Part shown: piece after piece, positions 15,335 to 27,081 of the stretch
Numbering within the stretch: the first letter of the stretch is position 1
How the letters are laid out: every line of letters begins with the position of its first letter
Source: Octopus vulgaris
Lineage: Eukaryota
Length of the DNA stretch: 64,000 nucleotides
Direction of reading: 5' to 3'
Assembly: GCA_951406725.2 (NCBI GenBank)
Contig: OX597825.1
Span: 26,474,001-26,538,000 of the forward strand
Notes under the pieces: model-generated
Seen by the model: the letters and a program-made list of their open reading frames with translations, nothing else
Database searches by the model: none
Told to the model about the DNA's origin: nothing
Made by a program: the position numbers and the translations under genes

Positions 15335-16005
15335 CTTTTCATCTTTAGGCACAGGCTCGAAATGTTTGTGGAGGAGACAGTCGATTAGATCGACCCCAGT
15401 ATGCAACTGGTACTTTAATTTATCGACCCCGAAATGATGAAATGTAAAATCGACCTCGGCGGAATTTGAAAGTATGTAAATATTGTCATAGGAATAAGTT
15501 GTAAGTGTACAAGACATAAACACAAAACGATCGTTAGTGATACTAGTATCAAAGGGAAATGCTGATACTGGTTTCATATTCTGGCAAAAGTCCAGCAATT
15601 TCGGGGGAGAGTGCATGTCGATTAAATTAACCCACAGTACTCAACGGTTACTTATTTTATAGATAATTCATGTAAGCTTAATCGGCCTTGGTGGAATTTG
15701 AACATGTGTTTAGATGGAGAGAATGATGCGAAGCATTTTGCCCGGCACGCTAAAGATTCTGGCAGTTCTTCGCCTTAAACTAATATATAATACTGATTTA
15801 AACTTTTTGCACACGGCCAGCAATTTCGAGGAGTGGGTAAGTTGGTTACAACAACCCAATTATTCAACTGCTACTTATTTTGTTGATCCCGGAATGTTGG
15901 AAGGTAAAGTCGACCACAACGCAATTTGAACTTAGAAAGTAAAGACGGCCGTAATCCTGCAACACGTTTTACCCGGCATGCTAACCATTCTACCAGCTCG
16001 AGGTC
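15335..16005 (-). mobile_element. Three tandem decayed copies of SINE family B
   Basis: Repeated TCGACCCC..AAAG..GTCGACCTCGGCGGAATTTGAA core matching the copy at 58915-59147. Confidence 0.75.
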
Positions 16006-17509
16006 TTAACCCAATTTATAATGTTGATAACAGAAGCTGTTAATTTGAATTTGGCTCCAACAAAATACAAAATGACTTATTTAGGACCGGTTTCAGTTCT
16101 GAGATTTATGGTCGCAGCAACAATCAAAAGCAATTTTGTATTATATTTCATGACGTAATATTGAGGAAACTAATGATGATGACGGGAATAATGAAAGCTA
16201 CTTGTAAAAGTTGTTAATTATCACAATCTTATCTTCACGTTAATATAGCTCTTTACATGTGCAGAAATCTTCAACTTTCACAGCTCTTCATAGATTAACG
16301 GAGATAGATCAAAATCAGTATTCATTATTTCCCTTGCTTTTTTTTCAGAATTCCTAACCTGCAAAGTATTCTTCTCTACCTTTTATAATTGATCATGTTC
16401 TGTTATTTCCATTTCTAAAAATGTCGTGATGTTCATTTCTAACATTCTAAACAGATTTAACGTTGGTTTGTTACTTATGCAATCTAACCGTGGCTATTAT
16501 TTTTGATGTTGTTTGACTAATATAATTGCCATTTCCTTGTAGACACGTGACGCAGTAAAGGAGACATATTGGTTATAAAATTGATATTTGAATTACGTTC
16601 AGTTTCTGTCTATTCTTGAAGTTTTGCCTTTTAACCAGCTCTATCTATTCGAACATTCCGGCAGCGAATGTCTTCACGTTTTGTTAGCTGGATTATTTCT
16701 ACGAATTTTGTCTTTGTTAGCTGCCTTTTAAGATTTCGCATTTGTTTTAAGCTGTTTGCTGAATTGTAGATGTATTTGTTTTTGAAATTTTGGGTAAATG
16801 CAAATGAAATATTTCTGTATGTGTCGCACACACCTTCATGAAGGTTTCTTCATAAGTCTTCCACAATTACTTAATTTTCAATACACCGATACAGTCTCAG
16901 GTCTGAAAATCATGATCTTTCATAATAGAGGAAATATACTATTATAAAGAAAGGTTTCCCCACTAGGTCCTTGCAAATATTGCATTTCTCAGCGCCATAC
17001 AATGCAATACATAACGTGACTGACCCAGTGATCGTACGCCAAATGTTTGATTTTTGTAGCAACATCACCATTGGTAACTACCTATAGATACAATTATGCT
17101 AATATCGCCATGCATGTTTTAAATGTAGCTGTTAATAGTTTAATATTGTAAGGCAAAGATACGGAACGTCATTTTATGATTTTGATATCAATGACAATTT
17201 TGATAGTACTTAAGGGCATCGCACATTTTGAATGGAATCGCCCTTAAGTGTTTTGATTGTCAACAATGAAAAACCATGATTGGATTTCCAGCTGTGCTTT
17301 GATTTTCTCTCTCTCTCTCTCTATCTCTCTCTCTGTCTCCTGTCAAATTCAACACGACCTGGGTCATTGCTGGTAAAATCTCTGTCAGTTGAACTAGGTT
17401 CATATATAAACACATGTATTGTCACAAACACACACGCTTTCTGCACCTCACTACTTATATATTTCTATATACAAATATACACATATAGACTTATCGTAAC
17501 TGCCTTTCT

Positions 17510-17576
<67 letters not shown>

Positions 17577-17706
17577 ATACGTACATACATACATACATAC
17601 ATATATAATCAATATCAAGGGTTATAAGAAATATTAGACATTTCAAGTACCAGTGGCCTAGCGTGTACAAATTTAGTCAATAGCCTATATATTATTCATA
17701 TAAATA

Positions 17707-18398
17707 CAGTGTACATTTCACAAATAAGGGGCATCCATTATAGGACTCCTTGCACGCTAGAAAGATCAGTAAAATTCCAAACTATTATTAGGGATAAAAC
17801 GTCGAAGGGAATGAAACAAAAATATTTACCATCTAAAACCTGGACTTAATGGACAAATAAAAAATTTGTTAGGCGACGTCTTCCAGCAGGTATACCCTAG
17901 ATTAAAGATATACACACGAGACAATCCAGTATATGCCCCGTGCTTATATATTCTAATTTTTGAAATCTACCGCGCAAGGGCAGCTCCTTGTCGGCAGTAA
18001 ATAAAAATGCATTTCAATGTATGTATAATTATCCAGACTCATAGGACTGGATAATTTTCGAATTGAAAAGCTGGCATTTTTATTTACTGCCGACAAGGAG
18101 TTGCGCTTGCGCTGTAGATTTGAGAACTTAGAATGTACAAGCACGGGGCATATACTGGATTGTCTCGTGTATATATGTTTAATCTAGGATGTACCTGCTG
18201 AAGAAGACTTCGCCAAGCAAATTATCTTATTTGCTAAGATAAGTCTGAAACCATGGTCAAGGCGTTAGATGGTTAATGTCTTTTTAATTTTTCATTCCCT
18301 TCGAAGTTTTATTCCTAAAAGTTGTTTGGAATTTAACTGTTGTTTCTAGCGTGCAATGAGTTCTATGATGGATGTCTCTTATGTGGTTAAATGTACAC

Positions 18399-18400
<2 letters not shown>
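17707..18400. mobile_element. Near-fully palindromic Tc1/mariner-type MITE (fold-back element, 694 bp)
   Basis: TA-CAGTGTACATTT...AAATGTACACTA-TA ends. The arms are complementary along their length (e.g. ACACGAGACAATCCAGTATATGCCCCGTGCTT / AAGCACGGGGCATATACTGGATTGTCTCGTGT). Centre at about 18042. Confidence 0.85.
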
Positions 18401-18479
<79 letters not shown>

Positions 18480-18532
18480 ATATATTTGAATAAATATATA
18501 ATAGTTTACATGCATGCTTAAATAATAATGCT

Positions 18533-18578
<46 letters not shown>

Positions 18579-18969
18579 ATGTAAATATGTATATATGTAG
18601 ATAACTATAGATATACATATGTAAGTGTATACGCAAAATATGCAAAAATGTAAAATCACTGATGCTACTTCGTTACATGTATTTCATTCATATATTTCAT
18701 TTGTATAATCCGTAGAACTATAAAATTGTGACTGATCAAAGATTGTCATCCATAAAATACAGCACACGCACTGAGGTGGTATTCCATTATAATTACAGTT
18801 AAATTACAGGTCTGTGCCAAAAAATTTAAGATTTAAATATGTATATATTCATACGTTGATACATATTTAAATATATACTCATAAAATTTTTACATATGTA
18901 CATACTTATACTTACACATGCATTACGCCTATGTACACACACACACACACACACACAGACACACACACA

Positions 18970-19017
<48 letters not shown>

Positions 19018-19029
19018 ATTATATAGAAT

Positions 19030-19085
19030 GGCGGTGCCCCAGCATGGCCACAGCTCGTGAGCTGAAACTAGATAAAATTAAAAAA
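19030..19085 (+). mobile_element. Isolated SINE/LINE 3' tail with stem-loop
   Basis: GGCGGTGCCCCAGCATGGCCACAGCTCGTGAGCTGAAAC; the same sequence is on the minus strand at 60585-60637. Confidence 0.7.
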
Positions 19086-19303
19086 TGAATATATATATAT
19101 GGCATAAACTTTTTTATATAAAGATGTACAAACATACGACATGCATACATACATACACATATATATACATATATATATATATGTATATGCATGCATATAT
19201 GTATGTACGCATGTATGTATATATATATATATGCATATATATATGTATATATATATGTATATATATATATGCATATATATATATATGTATATATATACAT
19301 ATA

Positions 19304-19347
<44 letters not shown>

Positions 19348-19348
19348 A

Positions 19349-19381
<33 letters not shown>

Positions 19382-20849
19382 CATATCGTATGTATGTAGA
19401 TCTTTACATAAAAATCTTTATGCCATAGTTTCCGTATAGAAAAGTAATTTAAATAAATAATCATGCCGTTTTGCTATAAACATAAAACATACCGAATATA
19501 TAGTGTCGTTACTAATGTGTTTTCTGCTCGGTAAGCTTCCCTAATCTATTATTCATCATGCTCTTCCTGTAACATTAATTCTCTGAAGAAGCAGCATCCG
19601 TTATATTCCTGATAGAAAATATATCCGATAAAAGCAATTCCTGTTTCTACATGATTCTTGCTCTTGTAGTTTGAAGTTGCATATTTTATCTTTGAAATAA
19701 TTGGTGTTTTTTGTTGTTTTTCTTTAATGAGATATCAACTCGTTCAGAGAATAGCGTGCGAGTTTCGAAAATCCTTCCGTCGCCATGATGCTATAAAACG
19801 GTCATTAGATAATCATAGAAATCCATTAAAATCCTTAGTGTATATATTACTATGTTATTTATTATTTTTTACTCACAATTTCTAAATCCCTTATAGCTAT
19901 GCCATGTCATTCGTGTCAACGCCTATACCTTATTATTTACCTATGCCTTTTTATTCTTAATTTCAATCCATGTAAATAGTTTTCCGAAGCGTGGATATAC
20001 AAGTTGACGCTTAGCTTCATGTGGGCAGAATAATCATTTAAGAATAAACGGCAAATGCTCGATTACTCTACAAGCAAGGCTAAGAGGAAGCGAAATACAT
20101 ATGTAGGGGCATGATCTGCTGGTTTGTAATATACATATTTTCCTTGATTCATCAATGTGAGTGCATTTCCTTGCTAATATCAACGTTCCATATCCATCAA
20201 GGGCTTCATAAAATCACCAGCATGTTATATCTGTTATCGCATTAACATAGCAAAGCGATACCTGTTTGGTTATAAATGATTCTGTATACAGTCGGCATAT
20301 TAAGCCAAGGCATTATCCACGAAAATAAATTATCCTATTTCGAGAATCTTTAATAGATGTAAGGTTAGATGATAAATTGCATAGCATGTCCGAGGATCTG
20401 ACTCACCTTGATTATCAAGGAAGTGAAGATGAATGATACGCCACAACTTAATGTTAGCCTTTTACTATTAAACATCTTTGTCTTCTCTCTGACAATCTTT
20501 GCGTGGGGAGGTCTATAAGGATTCTATAAGTGTGTCTTCAAACTATGTAAACAGTTCGTTAATATAAATCCTACTCGTCCTTCAAGAATAAAACCAATTA
20601 CATAAAGTATATTTTAATATTTAGTTATGATATATAAGAGTACAATACATTTGCTGAACGCATATGAGTATATTATTGTTTCAGGTTTTACTAAAACAAA
20701 TCAAACCCAGAAATTTTTAAAGCCTGTCAATTATTCTATTGATATTTTGCTGAACCGTTAGCTTACGGCGAAGTAAACAACCCAATATTAGGTGTCAAGC
20801 GGCGGCAGGGGACAAACACGTCCACAAGGACATACAATCATATAACATA

Positions 20850-21012
20850 GTCGTATGAGTGGCTGTGTGATAAGTAGCTTGCTTACGAACCACATGGTTC
20901 CGGGTTCAGTCCCACTGCATGGCACCTTGGACAACTGTCTTCTACTATAGCCTCGGGCCAACCAAAGCCTTGTGAGTATTTGGTAGATGGAAAATGGAAG
21001 AAGCTTGTCGTA

Positions 21013-21075
<63 letters not shown>

Positions 21076-21304
21076 ATATGTGTATATATGTTTGTGTGTC
21101 TGTGTTTGTCCCCCAAACATCGCTTGACAACCGATGCTTGTCTGTTTACGTCCCCGTTACTTAACGGTTTGGCAAAAGAGACCAATAGAATAAGTACTAG
21201 GCTTACAAAGAATAAGTCCTGGGGTCGATTTGCTCGAGCAAAAGACGGTGGTCCAGTATGGCCACAGTCAAATGACTGAAACAAGTAAAAGAGTAAGAGT
21301 AAAA
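20850..21304 (+). mobile_element. tRNA-derived SINE, family A, full length
   Basis: Pol III A box TGGCTGTGTGA and B box GGGTTCAGTCCC, internal (TA)n, tail CAGTCAAATGACTGAAACAAGTAAAAGAGT. Collinear with 30410-30813 and 52101-52512. A decayed opposite-strand fragment lies at about 20680-20820. Confidence 0.9.
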
Positions 21305-21486
21305 TGAGCATAAATGAATATCTGCGATATATGAAGATAAACAAAGGAATACCACAGAATTCTTTACGCTTTCGAAATCTAGTAAATTTATCAAAAAAAG
21401 CTGTGTGGGTGTGTGCTTGTATATGTATGTATGTGAGCATGTGTAATACATGTGCATATATAAATATAGGCAGACATATACTGATA

Positions 21487-21650
21487 GTCGTAGGCATGGC
21501 TGTGTGGTAAGAAGTTTGCTTCTCACAAATATTTCTAGTTTCATTCCCACTGCGTAATGTTTTGCATGGGTGTTTTGCAATATAGCTCCAGGTCGACCAC
21601 TGTACTGTGAGTAAATTTGGTAGATGCAAACTAAAACAAGCTGTCGTATG
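21487..21650 (+). mobile_element. SINE family A, decayed 5' half
   Basis: GTCGTAGGCATGGCTGTGTGGTAAGAAGTTTGCTT head. Confidence 0.75.
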
Positions 21651-21760
21651 TAATATCAGAGAGTCCATCTCAGTGCAAGTTAAAGTAACAAGTCTATATT
21701 TAGAACACAAAGGCTGATCGTCTGAAAGGAAAGGATTAAAGAAATATTCAGTTACATAAA

Positions 21761-21970
21761 GGCGGTGAGCTTCCACAAACGTTAGAACACCAGGCGAAAT
21801 GCTTAGCAGTATTCCGTCTGTCTTTACGTACTGAGTTCAAATTCCGCTGAGGTCGACATTGTCTTTCATACTTTCTGGGTTGGTAAATTAAGTTGCGTAC
21901 AGGGGTGGATCTAATCGACTGGCTCCCTCCCCCAAAATTTCGGTCCTTGTGACTAGAGTGGAAACGAATA
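21761..21970 (+). mobile_element. tRNA-derived SINE, family B
   Basis: GGCGGTGAGCT head, B box GAGTTCAAATTCC, core GAGGTCGACATTGTCTTTCAT. Confidence 0.85.
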
Positions 21971-22231
21971 TGCTCTTACATAGATACCGTCCTCTACATT
22001 ATCTACTACATTATCTGCGACTGGCTCCACCACCACCGCCACCATCATCACTATCAGTGTAGTAGTCACCTTCCTTACAATTGCTGCCATCCAATAGCTA
22101 ACAATTGACCACTGTCCCTACACTAATCACAAGGTTCACTGTCAGCAAGTTTTGCGGGGAAATGCTAATATTACTATATTCGTCTGCTGTCATCATTATC
22201 ACAACAAAGCGGACGGTATCTATGTAAGATC

Positions 22232-22624
22232 CTATTTTTCTCTACCCTGGCACAAGACCCGAATTTTTTGGGGGAGGGAACCAGTCGATTAGATCGACTC
22301 CAGTAGGCAGCTTACTTTATCGACTCCGAAAGGATGAAAGGCAAAATTGTCCTAGTCGAAATTTGAACTCAGATCACAAAGACAGACGAAATACCTATTT
22401 CTTTACTACCCACAAGGGGCTAAACACAGAGAGGACAAACAAGGACAGACAAATAGATCAAGTCGATTATATCGAGCCCAGTGCGTAACTGGTACTTAAT
22501 TTATCAACCCGAAAGGATGAAAGGTAAAGTTGACTTAGGTGGAATTTGAACCCAGACGTAACGGCAGACGAAATACAGCTAAGCATTTCGCCCGGCGTGC
22601 TAACGTTTCTGCCAGCTCGTCGCC
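22232..22624 (-). mobile_element. SINE family B carrying a second, in-register SINE B body (dimeric/nested)
   Basis: Two successive cores with different tails: ...GTGGGTAGTAAAGAAATAGG and ...CCCTCCCCCAAAA. Confidence 0.85.
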
Positions 22625-24064
22625 TTTATGTAACAGTATATTTCTTCAATCCGTTCCCTTGAGACGATAAGACTTTATGCTCTAAATATATACATGTTAC
22701 TATAACTCTTTGCCTGGTGAGGTCTCTAAGGATTCTATAAGTATATCTCCAAACTATGTAAAGAGTTCGTTAATATAAATTCTACTCGTCCTTCAAGTAT
22801 GACACCAATTACCTAAAGTACACCAAAAGTGTAAGTACATTACTTATTAGAATGTACTTGTAATATTTATTTGAAAATCCCCGTCTTCATTATTTTTAAA
22901 ATATATTTTATGTGCGTGTGAGTTTGTATCACCAGCGATAATTAACCGCACTCCAATACAAAATAACTTATGCCCTTAAAATTTGCTTTATCACCCCAAT
23001 GTATTATGAACCCCTTTCTGCTTTCTGTAATATAACATATCCAGTGTCTCTTCAGTTTATATTTCATTTCACATTAAAATGTGCAATTTCCCATTTAGAT
23101 CGGCTTGCATTTTAGCTACTCTGAAAACACCTTATGATGTATTACATATTTATTCAGATTATTTTTTCCTTAATTCTATGATTTTGTTATCTAGCCAACT
23201 ATCAATGAGTAAATCATATTTTAGATAATGACGATGGAATTAACTGAAGCTACTGAACCCGAAAGGAAGTCAACCATAGTTGCAAATATGCAAGTTTGTA
23301 CCACATTTATATTCCTGACCTGGAACCATGCCAAATTTAACGATTTCCATTTACATGAGATTCCCTCTAAAGTTGCTTTATATTGATCTACTTTACTTTA
23401 GCATGTTGTTTTATTCAAGTCATTATCTAATCAAATCTAATGTGGAATAAACTAATGAATGGAATTAATTAGTTTCAGCTATAGTTATATAATACTTGGC
23501 AAATATATGAAGTGAACAGATCCGCGGGCGTGAACGTACTCTGACGTCGAATGCGAATTGACAGCTTCTTCTGTCTGGAGCTTATTGTTGATGTAACTGC
23601 TTAAACGAAATATATTTTCTAAGTTCAATCTACGTGAAAATATCATCAGATAGATGGATATATAAATCCATTAATCAAGTTTTAAATCACATTGGAATCT
23701 CTTTCCCTCTGCCCCCCCTCTCTCTCTCTCTCTCACCTTATCTACCTACATATATTTCTATCTATATATCTCCATTTACATGGAACCTCGCGCAAAATAA
23801 AATAAAATCAATGTTCCCTTATTCTCAGCAACCGCCCCTACAAAAAAAAAGAAACCCCCCCCCCAAAAAAAAACCATCTGTTTTATATAATTGAAAAGAT
23901 GTTTGTACATTCACAAAATTTTATTTGACAAGTTCGAGAAAGGAACGAAAGCGGTTATAACACTGAAGAAATAAAAAGAATATTTTTCTAAAATTCTACT
24001 CTATACTTAAATACATACATACATACATACATACATACATACATACATAAATACATACATACAT

Positions 24065-24138
<74 letters not shown>

Positions 24139-24139
24139 G

Positions 24140-24345
24140 GAGATGTGCTTGCATAGCAAGTGACATGATCTGAGATTGTGTGCTGGAACAAAAACAATTA
24201 CAGCGTGGAAGATGTTTATAAGCTATTTAAGTAACGCACAAAAACCTTTAGATTCACTTCAAAATTTAAATTTAATTTGTCAAATTATTTTCGTCGCTTT
24301 GAGACCGCGACCTGTTCATTGACAAAAGTCCGTGCTGCATCTGAG
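24140..24345 (-). mobile_element. Penelope-like terminal fragment next to (TA)n, containing a hammerhead-like motif
   Basis: Minus strand 24326-24276: TTTGTCA-ATGAACA-G-GTCGC-ggtctcaaa-GCGAC-GAAA-ATAA-TT-TGACAAA. Confidence 0.5.
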
Positions 24346-25049
24346 AAAGGAAGAGTTAGTTCATGATATATATGTACGTATGTATGTGTGTATGCATGTA
24401 TATCTTCGGTATATTAAATTTTATCTTTTATTAAAATGAACAGGATAACTGTCTCGGGAAAACAATGAACTAGATGTATCAACTACAGAATGCACAGCTC
24501 ACTACAGTTTATATTAAATTTCAAAAAAGAGACGGACCCTATGTATTGAAAGCCGTTTCAAGTTATTGTTGATGCATTTTGGTTGAGCAAGCAAGGAAAT
24601 AGAGTGTGGAATATTTAAACAATGAATGCACAGCTGTTAATGAAGGAACAATTACATGAAAAATGTAAAAAAAAAAAAACAGCAAATAGAATGCAAACTG
24701 AAATTGCCGAAAAGTGTATGTAAAAATAAAATCAATAATTCAAACAGAGAATGAAGATCAACGAAATCAACAAAGTAACAATACACGAGAATACCCATTA
24801 CAATATTAGAAATTGAAACTAAGGAACACAGAGGAAGGATAATACCTGACATAATGCAAATAGTTTCTGCGACATTAGGAAATCAAGCCCATGAACGAAG
24901 GGATGGGCAGTAATAAAAAAAAGGAATAAAAGAGAAATAGCGAGCAAGACACTGCTGAAAGAATGCATACTGGACCAAAAAGTTATAGAATTATCAGATG
25001 ACACAATTCTGAGAACTTGATGGAAGTACATGACAAGTAGCAATAATTC

Positions 25050-25245
25050 AAAATGTACCGTTGGCGATTTTTTTCCTCTGTCTTCTCTTCACAGGATCTT
25101 TCCTTCTCCTATGTTTTCGACGAAGAGCTCCGCTCAAAACGTTAAACCCTCCTTCTTTCCTCCTTTCCTGAGCATCCAATAATACTATATTTGTTCCACG
25201 TCCTCGCGTTGTTGTGTATTTCTGTGCTTTCATGATTGGATTAAC

Positions 25246-25250
<5 letters not shown>
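25050..25250 (+). mobile_element. Penelope-like 3' terminal fragment with a decayed hammerhead
   Basis: GTTT-TCGACGA-A-GAGC-TCC-GCTC-AAAA-CG-TT-AAAC at 25113-25147; ends in (TA)n. Confidence 0.5.
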
Positions 25251-25299
<49 letters not shown>

Positions 25300-25504
25300 T
25301 TAAAATTACTAAGTCTCTCTAAAAGAGAACAGCGGCAGCGTTCCCGGAAAATAATAGTTATCGCCATACTAATATGGCATTCTTATAAAATAAGAAAAAA
25401 GCTGTCCGCTTATTAGCTCCATGAGGCCATCGCCTTAAGTTAGCTATTTGATACACAAACTGTATCCATATAACCTTCGAACAAGGGAGGTCAGTCGCAC
25501 CACA

Positions 25505-25544
25505 CTACATTGAAAAGGGGCAATACTCCGAAACGCGTCTGTAG
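25505..25544 (+). ncRNA. Minimal type I hammerhead ribozyme, U3-A8 core variant (copy 1)
   Basis: CTACA-TTGAAAA-GGGG-caata-CTCC-GAAA-CGCG-TC-TGTAG: stem I, core, stem II, GAAA, palindromic minimal stem III and a GUC cleavage triplet (cut after 25539). Confidence 0.75.
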
Positions 25545-25865
25545 CTGCCGGTCAAGTAGTGTGGAGCGACTGACCTCCCTTGTTCGAAGGTTATATGGAT
25601 ACAGTTTGTGTATCAAATAGCTAACTTAAGGCGATGGCCTCATGGAGCTAATAAGCGGACAGCTTTTTTCTTATTTTTATAAGAATGCCATATTAGTATG
25701 GCGATAACTATTATTTTCCGGGAACGCTGCCGCTGTTCTCTTTTAGAGAGACTTAGTAATTTTAATATTTCTATTATTGAAAACAAGTGGATGTATTCCA
25801 CCGAAACTAGGTAAATAAAACCATCGAACAGAGATTGTCGGAAGCGACACCTACTGGCTGGCTAC

Positions 25866-25907
25866 GCTGCATTGAAAAAGGGCAATACTCCGAAACGCGT
25901 CTGTAGC
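25866..25907 (+). ncRNA. Minimal type I hammerhead ribozyme, U3-A8 core variant (copy 2)
   Basis: GCTGCA-TTGAAAA-AGGG-caata-CTCC-GAAA-CGCG-TC-TGTAGC; cut after 25901. The first stem II pair is A-C. Confidence 0.7.
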
Positions 25908-26070
25908 TGCCCGTCAAGTAGTGTGGAGCGACTGACCTCCCTTGTTCGAAGGTTATATGGATACAGTTTGTGTATCAAATAGCTAACTTAAGGCGATGGC
26001 CTCATGGAGCTAATAAGCGGACAGCTTTTTTCTTATTTTTATAAGAATGCCATATTAGTATGGCGATAAC

Positions 26071-26148
<78 letters not shown>

Positions 26149-27081
26149 TAAGTTCCTGACAGAGAACTGAGCTTATGAAGAATTTAAGGTGTCATGTCAG
26201 ATCTGTGCTGCTGCAGAAAAGTTCCTAGCTGAGAAACTGTTAATGGTATATTAAACAACACTGCTATTGCTTATATAGTTTAGGTCCTCCATTTACAACA
26301 CTTTCTTGGATACTTAAAAAGTAGCAATGTCCATTCAATTTCTTCACATTATTTTAATTTTAAAAACATCAGAAACCTTACTGCTCAGGAATTTTGTTTA
26401 GTTCCATGACGACTAAAATGACTACCGTACGTTATCGAGCTCTATATAGATTTATAGTGCGTGACCAAAATTCATTATTACATATCTAATATTTTGAAAG
26501 ACATTTTTTTCAGAAGCGTGGTGCTCATTAAACAATACAACCATGTGATAAGTCTACATCACTGAGGAAATGTAGATATATTTTCAAAATTATGTTTACT
26601 ATAGATACAATGGTAAAAATTAATAGAGAAAATATTATTCAAGGCGCGCCGGACTAACTTTTCGGTGAACTGGTAGGAAAAGGGGATATTGCATTTACCA
26701 CATGGAAATAGTCAATACTAAATAGGAAATATTTTACTGTAAAATACTAGCTGTGTAGAATTTGTAAACTATGAATATAAATGCTGAGAGAATGGCCATA
26801 ATGAACATAAACTTTAGGACCAAAATGCATCGGAACAGCATTTTTATTTATATCTTAGCTGTCCAAATCCCAACTAAATAACACGTATTCATATCAGAGA
26901 TACTGTTCGAAATAACAGTATCGGTTCAACACAAATTGTCGGAAAGTGGGATAAGATAAGTTTATGGCACTATAATGTATGAAACCAATTATTTCAATAG
27001 CACCATATGGATACCATTCGCACGTACAATCCAATATCTTGCAGTATCTTACATGTTGTATGTGTGGGATTTAGAATTGAT

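Larger units (their letters stand above)
25291..26076 (+). mobile_element. Non-coding Penelope-like / retrozyme-like element: inverted arm plus about 1.6 tandem copies of a 362-bp unit, inserted in (TA)n
   Basis: 25291-25508 is the near-perfect reverse complement of 25556-25774. 25509-25714 is repeated at 25871-26076. (TA)n lies on both sides. Confidence 0.85.

Noticed and set aside
16940-17040. LYGAEK motif on the minus strand resembling RTE LYGAETW
   Set aside because: Single short match with no supporting context.
20883-21776. 297-aa minus-strand ORF
   Set aside because: It runs antisense through SINEs and a microsatellite.
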